The translations under genes and the position numbers were made by a program. The notes beneath the pieces were generated by a model. The model ran no database searches. It was not told the origin of the DNA and was given only the letters and a program-made list of their open reading frames with translations. A stretch of 64,000 bases of DNA from Tubulanus polymorphus (Eukaryota; Animalia; Nemertea): contig NC_134028.1 in the NCBI RefSeq assembly GCF_964204645.1, positions 22,688,345 through 22,752,344 on the forward strand, given 5' to 3'. Below are positions 1-14,144 of this stretch, piece after piece. The first letter of the stretch is position 1; every line of letters starts with the position of its first letter.

Positions 1-987
1 CATTGGTAACGTCCACAGACCAATTGCCAGCGACAGATTTCGCCAATCTCGAACGAAATAGCCGGCGACTGCCATGAATATTACTCCAGTTAACCAACCT
101 AATCTGTAACCGATTATGCTCCTCCATTTCGGGCCTAGATACTCGGACAAAAACACCGTGCTCACAGTCACTATACCCCCTTTAAATCAGAGAATATATA
201 CATGTTAATAATACGAATAACGAATGTACTTATAATGCGAACAGTAACACTTCTCACCAGCCGCAAATCCTGTTAAGAACCTGAGTGCGACGTATACTCC
301 CCAATTGGGTGAAAAGCTACTGGATATCTGACCGATCATCGCCAAGGCCCAAACGACTAGAAGAGCTCTTTTGCGGCCGAATAAATCACTCATTTGCCCG
401 GTCAATAAGGAACCAATTACCACGCCGATGAAAAAAATGCTTGTGATAGATTTTGATATGATGGAACGATCGCAGATCAGCGTCCACTGAAATGTCAAAA
501 ACAAGTATTTTCTCATTTTCGTTGATATACTATGCAATCTTTAGCGCGTTGATTACAGTCAGATGATAGTATACATTTTATGCATCAGTGTGAATGATAT
601 TGACTTTTTACAACATACCTCCGTTATTGTAGATGTGTAATCTTCATTGAAAGTAAAGTTTGTGCACGGTTTTCCTTGATAACAAACTCCCTTCAATAAC
701 GACGGTTGAACAGTTTGATTAACAGTGAAATTGGCCCCATCGTACGAGGAATAATTGCCCACATTCCCAGGGCAGTTCCAACCTGGATTTGCCCCATCTA
801 AGATGAAAAACATAAGAATCGACGACCCGGCAGCTTCCAACACACAAAATCCTAGAAATACGAGCCACTGGAATGGTCCCGATTCACCAACTTCTTTGAA
901 TACATCCTCGAATGTGGGTCGTTCTTCGCACCGCGTATTTTCCTTGCCGTCTATAAGCGCAGTTTTCCGTTCATTTTCTTCCTCCAT
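1..987 (-). CDS. SLC22 family organic cation/anion transporter (MFS), 5' part; gene continues beyond left edge
   Basis: Exons 987-619, 486-258 and 179-<1 have GT-AG boundaries and consistent phase. Translation shows SLC22 hallmarks: FEDVFKEVGESGPFQW N-terminus, Cys/N-glycan-rich first loop, TITEWTLICDR, MSDLFGRKR, LRFLTGFAAGG, EYLGPKWR, YFVRDWRNL. Confidence 0.93.
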
Positions 988-1653
988 TCTGCGTTAAAAC
1001 TAGCAACTCTAACCGCAACGAGGAAACTAGTCCCACGAGCCAGACGCCGTTTTACATAAAACTGAGATAATATCGATATTGGTTTACCGTTATGTGATCT
1101 TTCGTAGCGATATAAGTACGTTGGCCTAATACACGGGATGTCGTAAGCATGAAATTGATATCCTGATTAGAATAGAAAGAATTGAACTGTGAGAACTCAC
1201 ATTGAACCTTGGTTTGGGGATATAGCTAGAATAAATGCTTTTATACGTCTTGTCTTGTCAGACTATAAGAAGCTAATCCTATAGGCGCACGTTATGAAAA
1301 GCATTTAGGGCCCTAAAACCGTGGACTCGAAAATGAATTCGACCCTAAATTCGTTTTAGAGGCCATGATACAACGAACGGCTCAAAAGAAGATTGAATAG
1401 TAAGCTAATTGCGGGCATTAATAAAATGAAAAGGCATTTTCTTACTTCACGTGTGTTGCAGCTGATGTTATGAAAATCTAGGCATGAATGATATCGGTGC
1501 CAAATACATATACGACGTTTTGAAACGACCACGTGCTCCTAATTTGCTATTAATTTGGGGGAACGTTTACAATCCGACAGCGCGCATAATGCGCATACTT
1601 TAAATCATTTCACTATGTTTTTATTTTTCTTTTTATCCTACTGCGAAGCAGTG

Positions 1654-1870
<217 letters not shown>

Positions 1871-1962
1871 ATATATGATATTATGTTGGTTTGTTGTACG
1901 ACTTGCACATGAAAAGCAGGTTTAGGATATAGCAGGTATATATATAGAATTGTAAAATACTA

Positions 1963-2121
1963 CAGCAGAACCTCGTACAATGAACTACAGGGAACCAGAA
2001 AATCTGTTCGTAATAACCGATTTCGCCATATCCAGCACGAAACAACTAAAATTGTCCTATTTGGGATGAAATTCTAGGTTTACTCAATAAATCCGAGGTC
2101 GTTATAACGAGGTTCCGCATT
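1963..2121. mobile_element. Tc1/mariner (pogo/Tigger-like) MITE
   Basis: TA|CAGCAGAACCTCG ... CGAGGTTCCGCAT|TA ends; colinear with the copy at 22939-23112. Confidence 0.7.
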
Positions 2122-3159
2122 AAATCGAATGGCTGGCGTCTTTTATCTTAAAAGTACGCATTGACCCTGTTATTCATTTAATTGGTAGATTTCGTTTGAT
2201 TTAATTGCTGTCCCTTACAAACCACTACACCTGCCGGGAACGAAACAGAATTGCTGGTGTTTTAATACTGATGACGACTGAGGCAGAATAATTTTTTCTA
2301 ATCCCAACCTTATTTAATGAATCAATTCGAAACAAAAATTCTTATCTTAAGTTACTTGGGTCATTCGAACTTCTTTCCTTCGTTATTGTCGCATTAAGGG
2401 GAATTGCCCCGTCGACTTCGCGGGATATCTAATTACAGAAACGCACTTCGTGCACCTTTTTGTGATATGAAACAAATAGACCTCCTGGTCCAATCAACTT
2501 ATGATATTTTCAAATATGTATAAAATATTTATCAGACAGATAGAAACGCTATCTTACTTGCAGTTATATAACCACTGAAGGGCCGTGTGATAAGCAAGTC
2601 CTTAAGACTAGGCATTTTGATACTAAATATCGCTTTTGAAGCACGCTGTGTAAACTCCGGCCTATACGTCACACTCAAACTAATAAATCTCCATATTTTG
2701 AACGATATTCTGAATGACTGGTCGTGATAACATATTTGTTGGTGAAGACGATCGGAATGGGATCGAATGGCTTTGATGAGTTAATACCGAGTAGAAACGC
2801 GCATGATTAGTCCTGCAGTTTAAAATGTGATTCGATCCGAAGTTGCAAATTAGTAGAACGAGGGATTCGAACGTCTGATCCCGTGACATCGATAGCCATT
2901 AAGACAAGATAAGATAAACTCTTGAACTTTGGTGGAGGAGACCGACGTGTGCTCACATTGAGACACAGCTAAACCACTGCATATTGAGTTGGTAATTCTA
3001 TTAATTTGGGAAACGTAAATTCAGGATTGTTTTGTCAAAATTGTGACCGGATATTTTGGTCATGTGTATCATTCTTCCCTGTCTGAGCTCAAGTTACCCA
3101 GGCAGCGGGATGGGCCACAATTTTTGAGTGAGATTTAGGGTTAACAAATTAGTAGCTGG

Positions 3160-3260
3160 TGTCAGATAGCTAGGGCACGTGTAGCGTCTGGCAACGAGGA
3201 CATAATAATCAGGTTCGAATCCCTGCCGGGGAGGATGATGATCTCTAACCTAGCCTGCTG
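3160..3260 (+). mobile_element. tRNA-derived SINE head (family also at ~34785 and ~59200)
   Basis: B-box GGTTCGAATCCC followed by TGCCGGGGAGGATG; the same block recurs at 34826 and 59245. Confidence 0.6.
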
Positions 3261-3731
3261 ATAGTTAAGTGACAGTTGAAACAATTTGATTTGATTCCTT
3301 TTGCATGATTGATACAGAGATTATATCAAACCACGATCGAGCTTGATACATGATATATCGTCAGTCAAAACAATGAATTGGTATCTATTTCGTGCTTACG
3401 AAATTTGATTTTTTTTTTTAATGTCGGGGAAGAAAAAAGCAATCAATTCATGTGAAAATTCACGATCCCTTTTCTTTCATAGTCTCCATGACGTTTTATC
3501 GATGGTTGCCTGTCCAATTCTGCGCCACCTGCATCCAGTCAGATGAACATTTAAGATGGGACCGTACCGGGACTATCGGTGCTGCTGAGCAAATTTCAGA
3601 TTTTCGCTATTACATGTATCATTTTGAAAGAATATCAAAGAATTTCAGATAGACATATTATAGTATTACATCAAATATGTTGAGTTTCCTAATTAATGTC
3701 GCGTATTAAATCGGACGAATAAAGAATAGTG

Positions 3732-3796
3732 TAGACTGGTTGCCGGTCACTTGATTGCGCAACAGGTGGCACAGAATTGGACAGGCAACCAATCTA
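3732..3796. repeat. Short inverted-repeat element TAGACTGGTTGC...GCAACCAATCTA
   Basis: 12-bp imperfect TIR; same termini at 9694-9730 and half-sites at 54122-54151. Confidence 0.55.
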
Positions 3797-4136
3797 AGAA
3801 GAGAGTCATTTTTCGAAAAATAGCGAATTTTCTGACCTTCTGATGAAAAGAGAAGATAAACCCATGAATTAAAGCTAGCGATCTTCAACGATGTGCGAGA
3901 TCGAAAGTGATTTAAGTCCCTGTGTACGAAGATCGAATCCCAAATATTCAAAAATACATTTAGTACTTATAACTATGATATCATTTCAGATTTAGAAATA
4001 ATAAGAAAGAAATGTTAATGCATAGCATTAGGGCATAAACCTAAAATTAAAAAGGAAAAAGTTATTTTAATTTTTGATAGGTATATAACGGGATTCGAAC
4101 CTGATTTACTGACGTCCGTGACAGTTAGTAGTCAAC

Positions 4137-7100
4137 ATGTCTTCCAGGAAAAGCGTTGCTGGAAAAAATCCCGAAGAAAAACCGAAAGAAGCGGCTTTAA
4201 AACCGGACAAACAATCTAATCCTGCAGTCGGGAAGGAGAAGAACACAATGAAGATGTCTTTAGAAGAGAAAATAGCGATGATTGACCGTGAAATCAGCGC
4301 AATTCATCATTGTTTCGTTCGACAGGGTGAGTGGCTGGGGGATCGGGGAGAGGAGGCCGCGCCCGAGTTTTTTACTTCCTTGTTTAACCTGTTTACATAG
4401 CCACGTTTAGGAAATAAGCTATCCTTCTTACTTAGCTACCCTCTTACTAATAATCTACAGCAAGGCCCAGGACAGATAATTTTACAGGGGATGTCTAATT
4501 CTCTTAGCCTATACGATCTAGACTGCCCCCTCCCAATTTTTTTAGATAGGCCCATCCCCTCCACAATTTCATTTGAATACCCGATATACATCTCCCAATG
4601 AGTAAGGATGCTCTCTAAAATAAACCCCCTGGATCCAAGCCTAATGCTCCGTATTATTTCCCAGAGTTAGCTGAGAATTTTGTTGCCTTATCCGCTAGGC
4701 AGAGGCTGCTTTGGGGGGCCAATCCTTTCCTCCTTTTGAGAAAACGGTGTTGCCCGAACTCCCGAAATCGAAACTTTCTACAAAAAAAAATTTGGAAACT
4801 TTCTGCCGTTCTACTTCGTCTATTAAACGATTCTTACTAAAGTTGTTTTTGTTTTCGTTCATGAGCGATATTTAACTCGGCAAACTGCTCCCGTAATGCT
4901 GAAAAAACTGCTGCGCAGACGCTCAAAAGACGTTGCTATGATATCATCACCTATTCATCAGCATAACGAAACAATTTACGTGACGCCACGTTACGGGCCG
5001 CGAAAGCCGTATTTCAGCATTACGACGCAGGGAGCGATCTTGAATTTGAGTTCCGCAAATATTAGCCTATACTAGCTAGGTGCTGGCAACATTCTGAGAA
5101 ATGCTTATTTCGATTAACCCTCGGTTAACTACAGCGGCAGTTTATGTTTGAGTTGTGTTGTATTTTCAGGTTTTACGCCGTTAGAAATCGAACACGGAGC
5201 TCGTCCGATACTGGCGTGCATCGCTAGCGCTTACCGTAAACGTTGGGCGATCGGACTCGTTAAGTTTGCGTTAGTGATCGCTGTTATTTGGGCCGTGTTA
5301 TATTTCAAACCGGCGAGTGGTCTGATGGTATTCTATTCGCGGATTGCAGCCGTCAAGGTATGTATAAAACTGTCTAAAGAGGCTTTCGCGATATACGACT
5401 ACTTCATTGATTTACTGTTATAAACATGGAAAATAATCAGGGAAAACGCAGAGAATTCGTAAACGGGCGGAAAGCGGCCTCCCTGTTACTGTATCGTTGT
5501 AAAAGCTGATTGTCTCGTGTTGTATTATATTTATTAACCTGGGAAATTCAGTGAATCAGAAAGATATAGAAGAAATAAGGGAAAATCAAGGAATTTGACA
5601 AATTTTGAAAAAAAAACCTGGAACGCAGGAAAATTTGGTGACGGATGTTATTGACCACGTTATTGACTTACTACGGTATATTGTTGTAAAGCTGATTGTC
5701 TCGTGTTGTATTATATATTTGTAGCTGTTGTATCCGTACTGGGATTTCACTACGATTCACCGCGACTACGAGTGTTCGGTGAAGAATCCGTACTACGTGC
5801 CGCCGAAACTCGGCGTCGACGACTGCGAAAAGTGCGAAAATCTCGACTTCATTTCGCGTTTGTCGAACTTGTCGTCGGAGGTGATGAACGAACAGTATTT
5901 GAGACGCGACACTCCGGTGATCGTCACCGACGCGATGAGTCAATGGCCGGCGATGAAAAAGTTCGACATTCAAGAGCTGGCACGGGTAAGGAATAGAACA
6001 GCGGACCTCGCACATCCTCAAATTTTCAATTTTGCATCACATGGTTCCCGCAGAACTGGAGGAAAATTGGGGAGACTTGGTAATTCCCAGACTGGAAATA
6101 TTTCAGAACTGCACCAGGGAGAGACATTTTAATTGAAAATCAACTAGAAACGCCCAACATCAGCACACTTTCAGGAAGGGATCAGCTGAGATTATTTTTG
6201 ACAATTCAAGCTTGAGAATGCATCAATTCTCCCTCAGTAAAGACTTGAACCTGATTGCATCGAGACTTGGCCGGTCACGTTACAAAACTAAGCCCAAATA
6301 CGTATTATACCAGGGTAGTTTTCTGAGCTGGATGAAGATGACTGCAGATATCAAAAGAGTTGGTTCCAGGCTGCACATTGTATTCAAGTGATTCATTATG
6401 TATTTTATATTGTAGTTGTACACAAGTGAACCGAAATTGAAAGATGTCAACGGATGTTATTTTTCGAGTAATATTCGGTCGGGCAATGGAAATAATCGCC
6501 TGTTTCTGATGAGGGCGGCCGATGGAGAATTCAACGATTTCTACGCGCACTGGTAAATATGAAACGCAAGTAACAATATATTCAAACACTATATCAATCG
6601 ATATCTCGACGGAGCTTCTGCGGTTGTTTTATCAATACAGTTGAGTCAATACATAGCACAAATATTGAGCTCTGTTATGTTTTGAAACCGTAATTTTCAT
6701 TATAAAGCTCGAAGCTTCTCATTGTTGGAATTTTTCAGTCAGAAAAAAAATCTTCCAGAAATTTTCAAGCTTTACTCAGGCAAGGTGTTGAAATAAAGCG
6801 AGTTTGACTGTTTATTACTATTTCAGGGAGAACTGTCTGGACGACTCGGCGAAAGCGTTGCGTAATTATTATCACCGGCCGTATTTCTTACCACGGTCAT
6901 CGTTTCTAGACGCGAATAACTGGGTGTTTCTGTCGTCGGAATACAACTCGAGGATATTTAAAATGGTCAGTTTTCCATTTGTAATTACGAATAGTTGATC
7001 TTATTTCGGGCTTTGCAGATTTATTCTTCCCTGCAGGGAAAATGCGGGAATTCTGACACATTTCTATTCCTTAAAGAATTCGAATTTTAGGTGTGTTGTC

Positions 7101-8648
7101 GTTCATGCTGGTGATGAGCGGCATAAGGAACCATTCTATTAGAAGCAGCCCCCGCTGAGAATATCTAATTATAAGTTAATCAGGGAATTTTTATTCAATG
7201 GTCATGGGGAAATAACTAGGGATGGAACTTTCGTATCTTATTCAAGGACTCCATGCTCTGTGAGAAGCCAGCTATTCATGTCAAGTCATATATATCATAA
7301 CCATTCAACATCTGCTGCAATAAGCTTAGAGAAAAGCTCATATTGTTTTCAATGTAATCACTTGTACTAAGCCTTACATTGCCTACTGTTTATAGGCATA
7401 AATTTCATTAATCCTAATTTACAATAATATCATAGTTGTATAAGCATAGTTGTATAAGAGAGTTAAATGTCGAGATACTAAGCCACTTATTAACTAATTT
7501 TGGTTAGTGTTCATATGACTTAACTTCATTCCAATTACTGACTGAACTGCAGTCCAGGTACGACTAAACAATTGATTTGCATATAGGCCTACCCATATAC
7601 TACGCATAGAGAATTGTTTTGCCTTTTTGCCTACAAAAGGGCCCTTATGTTCATCTTTGTTCGCCCGTCCATACACACCTGTGTCCACTTCCAAGATTGG
7701 GTCATCTCATTTATCTAACCTTTTCTGACTACAGGGGCTCTCAAGAATTGAAGATGTGTTTAAATCAATATTTCAGAATCCTCTGACCGGCGTGGCGCCG
7801 ATGATTTGGTATGCGCAAATTAGAGGACGCACAGAAATTCGTTTGCTGCCGAGGTCGCCGTGCGATTCGAAAGATCTCTGCATAAATCTGGTCGATACGC
7901 TGAACGAAGGAGAGATCTGTGAGTATTACTGGCTACCACCAGGGGGAGTTAGTGTCGAATGTCAACTGATCGAATCAGCTGAAAACTTAGTTGATATCGG
8001 GCGTTAGACGTATACAAGGAAACTAACTTGATAATTTATTGAGCTTTTGAAGATAATATATACACAAATAACATACCCCGGTAATATTAAAGAGTGATAA
8101 AGTTATTTCGAATTTGAATATGTCAATGGGATACTGGCACACACCAGATGGCGCAACAAACATCGGGTTATTCCTAGCGAAAATCAGTTCATTTTCAATG
8201 AAATTTGAACTCGATTTTTAGGCTTCCAAATGGAAAATTATCAAACGAGGCATTGGAAGATTCGTTTTCTAACTCGGTGTATGGTATAGATTTTACTGAT
8301 TTGGGAATGAGAAAATTTAATTGAAATGTAGAAGGAAATTGACCGCGGTAACCCGGTGCCACTAGCGAACCTTGTGGTTTATCGAATGTGGTTGAATCCT
8401 TGCTTGCCACTGTAGGGTTTCCAGTATCCGATTTAATAAGGACCCCCATGCCACCAGCTATCTCGGTAGATGGCGTACCGAAAATATGAATAAATTCAGA
8501 TTACTCTTAAACTGATCTCAAAATAACCTGAATTATCATGATCTTTTCAGTGGTTTTTACGGATGCGATGTGGAACTTCGATTTCGTTCCTGGCGGAGGT
8601 TCACCCAGTGAAAGTGTAGCTATAGGCGGCGGAGGAACTTTCGATTAG
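4137..8648 (+). CDS. C6orf89: C6orf89/BRAP-like type II membrane protein with cupin/JmjC-like C-terminal region, ~384 aa, 7 exons
   Basis: Exons 4137-4326, 5170-5357, 5725-5985, 6416-6552, 6827-6965, 7777-7918, 8551-8648; all GT-AG, in phase, ending TAG. One TM segment (WAIGLVKFALVIAVIWAVLYF), then PYWDFT, CxxC (DCEKCE), PVIVTDAM, HWENC, YHRPYFLP, WYAQIRG. Family assignment is from recalled motifs. Confidence 0.8.
8128..8430 (+). mobile_element. MITE family A (GGGGTACC-type TIR, AT flanks; ISL2EU-like), intronic copy
   Basis: AT|GGGATACTGGCAC ... TTCCAGTATCCG|AT; internal blocks shared with copies at 26.2, 33.4, 35.6 and 38.5 kb. Confidence 0.75.
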
Positions 8649-9403
8649 ACGGCCGAAAATGATGTTATAATATCATGTTAATCATGTGTTAATCAAATTT
8701 ATTTATTCAGAGGTTCAGTCAATAATCTAGAACTAAGTATTTGCTGTTTTCTTCAATATTTTTGTACCCTTCTGCTGCTCTATTTTTTAGATTAGTTTAA
8801 TATCGAATCTCTGTATCGTACTTAGCAGCTGTCAATCTTGAGTTGTCTGCGCCCTGCTTCCCTGCTGATCCCCACCTCAGACTATCAGCTGTCTGATCTT
8901 ATCCAAGACATTTCTATTTGAAAATAGATTACAGTTTTTTACCTGATCCCACGGACAAAGATGTTTTATGACCATGCTCGGAAAATCAGATTGACTTCAC
9001 CGAAAAAAAGGGATTATCTAATAGGATTTGGGTACAGGCAACTGATTGATATTGATAACCTGCATTAAGTTGCTATCATACGAAAACCTGGAGTTTTTTT
9101 TTTTATGAACCCTTCCTCGTTAGGCTGATTTTGGCTTTTCATATAATGTTTTCTATTTGTTTTAAGCTTACTTTCATATTTATACAAGAATCTCTATTAT
9201 TTACGTAAAAATAAAGAATTTATGTCAAGCACTCTGAAGCATTTTTTTGTGAAATTTATTGGAAGGTGGAACAACCAGTGACGAACTGGAATTTGGAAAT
9301 GGCTGGGGAAAAGAAAAACATATTTAGGGTTAAGCATTTAATTACATGTAGTTGATTCAACAAATGATTAACTGGAAATCGGAAATGGCCAAGGAAAAAT
9401 ATT

Positions 9404-9487
9404 TGTCAGAAGTGGGATTCGAACCCACGCCTAGAGAACTAGACTGCGACCTGAACGCAGCGCCTTAGACCACTCGGCCATCCTGAC
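9404..9487 (-). tRNA. trnL-CAG: tRNA-Leu (CAG)
   Basis: Reverse complement is GTCAGGATGGCCGAGTGGTCTAAGGCGCTGCGTTCAGGTCGCAGTCTAGTTCTCTAGGCGTGGGTTCGAATCCCACTTCTGACA: full cloverleaf, long variable arm, anticodon CAG, T5 terminator just downstream. Confidence 0.98.
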
Positions 9488-10751
9488 TGTGCTGCCTTTG
9501 TCGTTTTAAATCCAGTTCTATACTGGCATTGTAGTCAAACCCCGAATATAAGTTTTTTTCAGGAACGAAAGTATATCATTTATGCAACTATAATACCGTA
9601 AATGGTGGATGGTGATGATTTCCTTTCACAAACGGACCCAAGAACTTGGACATCGCCACTCGATTCAATCAGCCGCCATTGAAATAAATTAACTAGACTG
9701 GTTGCCCGTGCGAAGATCGCAACCAATCTAAGAGAAGAATTAGGTAACCTGCTGTGTACGGCAAATCCTCAGTACCTTTCTAGCCTACTTATAGAAAGCA
9801 CTATTTGATGAAACGTAAATAATCAATTTATTACCATTCTTTTTCTAAACTGACGTTCTTCAAAAAATTGATTATCTATGGCATGACGGAGAATCACTTT
9901 ACTACGAGTAACGACCCCAGCATTCGCTCTCCAAACTCCGACGGACATCAGCTTTCGCTGATCACTTTCCTTGCAGTTAGTTATTCGGTAGCACTTAGTA
10001 ACACGTGGAATAAGAAATTGAACAGAAATCTAAAAACGTCATAGAAAAAACTCAATCTGTTATTTCTTTAAAATAAATTTATTCTCAAATCTAAAAGTAT
10101 CAATGTTAACAAAATAAACTGAATTTCATATTTTCATGTATACGAAATGTTAACGGAAACAAAAAAAATTTATTTTGATTTACTAAGCTCATTAAATGGG
10201 CAATATTCTGGACGGAGAATAATCACACCTAAGACACAACTGGTTTAATCACCATAGCACAAAGCAGCTTTTAATGGACTTATTCAGAGATCAGATTATT
10301 TACAAAAACTACCGACTATAATTCGTCTGGATAATAATTACATTATATCCATCCATAATGTGATATCAAAAATATAGCGCTCTACTGAAGAGACAGACTC
10401 AATCAGTTTAATCAGGAGCAATAAGCACATAAAATCTTAATTGTTCTGCCTTAATTGTTCGTATTAAGTACAAACGCGAAATTTAGCTGATTTTCAAACC
10501 AAGCAGCCAATTTTCCAAATTTTACCGACCTTACTGTATAATGAGTTGGGAATAAGGTGACTTAAAAAGCCACCTACTAAACATTATTTACATATAAACT
10601 GATTTTAGTGACAGTTTTCAGGTGGTTACAAGGCACCGAGTGAGATAGAGTCCACTGTATCGTAAGGCATCTCTATTCTTCGACCTTCACTAATATTCGT
10701 AAGCAAAGTTTCAAGGCAATGAATAATTGTGGCCGTTGGATGACTAGGCGT

Positions 10752-13700
10752 CTACGGTAGATTAATCAATTTCAACGAGTCATCGCCGGAACCGACTGCA
10801 ATGCGACCACCACCTAGTGTGCTATCCATTGCCTGTACTGGCTTCTTCATCTGGATTACTCCATAGCACTGAAAATAAACAAAAGTTTTCACTATATCCA
10901 TTTCACTATATCCAAAAAACATCAAGACCTGGTTTTGGAGACCAGCAGCCGATTAAACATCATATTTCAGATATATCGATGCATAGGTCACCTGTATATA
11001 ATATCTGGATCAGATCGAAATGCAAATTCAACTGACCTGGATTAAACAGGTCTCTGAAAAGTGCTATCAGTAACTAATTGAATTATTTTCAGTTACATTT
11101 CATTGAAATATGAAAGAAAATGTTCATATTAATCAGTAATCAACAGTAAACCCTCCGTAACATCTTTCATATTTCTGTATAAATCCAACAAATATAATCA
11201 ATATTCTCATTATAAGAGTAACAAATACTGAAAATCAGGAACAGTTGGCAGCTCTGGGTCTACTACGATTGTAGTCTACCTTAACCCCAGATATGAGTTT
11301 CACAACGAACTGACTTCAAAACAGTTATAGACAAACTGAAAACTAAAAACATGAAAGACCAAGATGATTTACCTCGTCTGTGTTGATGTTGATGATTTTA
11401 GCGCTGTTCGTGCCACTACCACCAGCAATCACAACCGAATCGCTGAAATACTGCGCGCAGTAGAGAAATGACCCGTTTCCCTCGTCGGGGAACGGCACCT
11501 CCTTCGCTAGCTTTCCTTCCGTGTAATCCCATATCTGCAGAGCATGATTGGCCGTCCACGAACCGGTCAGTATTTGATTGCCCTGTGTGTTCAAACAAAA
11601 ATTGCCATCTTATAGTTTGAAAAATAATATTAGGGACCATTCATTTATCACGCACGCATAAAATTTGAATTATTCAACCCCCCAGCCATTTTTTCATATA
11701 AGTTAAGCATTACAATACACTATTGCACTTACACCTCCCCCTCCCTTCAGGCCCATGTCGAGGGGGGCTTGGAGGTAAAGTTAAACAAACACTCTAAAAT
11801 CTTCAAAAAGTCAGTGCCAACAATTCTGGGTCAAGTTTTTGTGAAATTTAGATACAATATTCATGCTTTTTAATAGAAATTGAAAATCATCCGTTCTCAA
11901 ATGATTTATTCAGATACCCGGACACTTCGTATTTAAGATCTGGCATTTATCAAACAAGAAGGTGCCCTTTATCTTGAAATAGAACTACCCATCAAAAAAG
12001 CTCGGCACAGGCCTGCCCATGATGCGTATGTAATAAACGAATGACCCCTAATGCAGTTGTATCATGCCTGCATCATGCAAGTGAAAAACGTGATTTTCAA
12101 CCAGTGACATCGATCGTACGTACCCTTATATCTAAACTATCGCCGCACACATGCGCACCTCCTATCGACCGTTTAACTCCGTCTTGCGAACGAGCGTCCC
12201 AAATCTATACGTACGAAACAAACCGGTGAATCGAACGAGAGAAAAAAAAACATGCGTCGTAACATGCGAAATTATAGTGATACGAGTAGAACCCCTCAGT
12301 AAAACAAACCCCCAGATATTAGAAAACGTATCTAAATTAGAATTCATATCATAGTGAAAGTGATAATAGCGAGTTAGGCTGAAGAAAATTGATACCTTGT
12401 TTCTCCATCTGCTGAGCTTAAAGGTTGACAAGGCCGGCCACCTATCTACCCTCTGCGCATACATTATTTTTTTTTTAAATCGGGATCAATTTTACCATAT
12501 CAGACCCGGCCGCTATAGAAATGAACTGATTACAAATTTTTTTATATCTTACTTAAATGACCTGGCCGGTGCCGCAAAATAAGGTATCAGTTTTGTTTAG
12601 CCTTCGGTGGAGCCAGTGTATCATGCAACCAGTATACATGTATTTAAAGTTGCGCTTGAAAAAAAAGATGTACGTTATCAATTTCTAAAGGAGATACATA
12701 CCTTGATACAATTATCCCAGCCAGCTGTGACGAATATATCGTTCCGCTCGGGGTGGTACTTCAAAGCGAAAACTCTCATAGCGTGGCCGGCAGTCGGGTA
12801 GTCAGTAGGAACACACGTTTCGCTGTAGCCTTCGTATAACCTTACCAGCTGAAAAAAAAAACAGAAATAAAGTTCCCTTTGCAATTAAAGACCTTGGCCT
12901 ATGAATTTCTAGTTTGGCGAGAATTTAGTAAGCTTCTATTTTGAGGTCTAGTTAGCTACTAGTGACTGAGATGACAAGGGTCAGCACACATCTCAAGCAG
13001 TCCGAGTAATGAATTTGGAGTTAATTGGTCAATGGTAAAAAAGTGCAGAATACAAAGTGGTCTTCTAAATATGGAATACTACGATGGAAAATGGATCCAC
13101 ATCAGATGAATTTACCTGAGCCGTGTTGGTGTCATAAACTCGAACTCCGAGATCTCTTCCACCGGTGGCAAAATTGAAACCATCCATACAAAAGTCCATA
13201 CAGTTTATCTCATTTCCCTCTTCTGAAATGTGACAAAACGAACATTGGAGTTACAGTTGAATAGATCTATGAATTCATATCCATTATGATTCCAGTGTGG
13301 TGCTGATAATGATAATTCGTTATCAACTAACCGTCTGCCTGTCTTCAATTGATTATGGTATCATGATATGTTTAATTGCAGGGCCCAGTTTCAAGAAAAA
13401 GTGTAACCCAAAATGGTTAAGATTGAATTATTGTCCTCGTATTGAAGACATAAAGAAAACAATAGCAATTACACCAACAATTTGAGTTAAACTTTTTTGT
13501 GGGGGCCATTGTCGAGCTTTTGTGAGGGGCAGTTCTATTTCAAGACAAAGGGCGATATCTGAATTGTCATCAAAGCTGTAGGCCTAATACTTTGACAATA
13601 TAGTTTATATCTTTAACACTACCTTCGATGATTTGATGGTATTTCATAGTATTGATATCGGCTTTGTAAATCTTTCCCTCCGAGGACGAAGCGAACAGAA

Positions 13701-14144
13701 CGCTTTGTTCTTTCGGATTGAAACGCACGCACATGATCGCCAGACCGCCGTAACGAGCGCGGATCGGTTCACCTAAATACTTCCCGGTCACCGCATCGTA
13801 CAACTGAAAATACGAGGGAATAAATCGCGTATAATTCATGAAAAACGGAACTGCTCAATTTGTATAGCATTACAGTAATGGGGTATCGGCACAAACCAGA
13901 CGGCACTACAATATACTTAGTTATACCTACTGAAATACAATAAACTCACCAGTACACCAGCTGTGCCGTGTCCAACAGCTAAATGATTCGCATCATAACT
14001 GAACTGTAAACTGAAAATTCCTTCCCTCGATATATCGTGAGGAATGCTGTTCACTTTGGCGTTCTTAAACTTCTCTTTCAAGTCATAATCTGAGGAAAGA
14101 GATAAAACTCCGTAGTTAGAAATCATGCGTGCATCAATCAGCAT
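10752..14144 (-). CDS. WD40-repeat beta-propeller protein, ~345 aa, 7 coding exons
   Basis: Exons 14144-13950, 13803-13623, 13222-13116, 12848-12702, 12204-12124, 11582-11373, 10868-10752; GT-AG, in phase, TAG stop. WD motifs: FATGGRDLGVRVYD, GHAMRVFALKYHP...VTAGWDNCIKIWD, LTGSWTANHALQIWD. Start could alternatively be Met at 14126. Confidence 0.9.
11748..12015 (-). mobile_element. Non-autonomous DNA element, CAGGCC TIR, ~5-bp TSD (hAT5-like)
   Basis: CCCTT|CAGGCCCATG ... GGCACAGGCCTG|CCCAT; shares TTGAAATAGAACT with the inverted copy at 44754-44996. Confidence 0.6.

Noticed and set aside
11258-11279. GTCTAC-TACGATTGTA-GTCTAC possible transposon footprint
   Set aside because: Too short to distinguish from chance.
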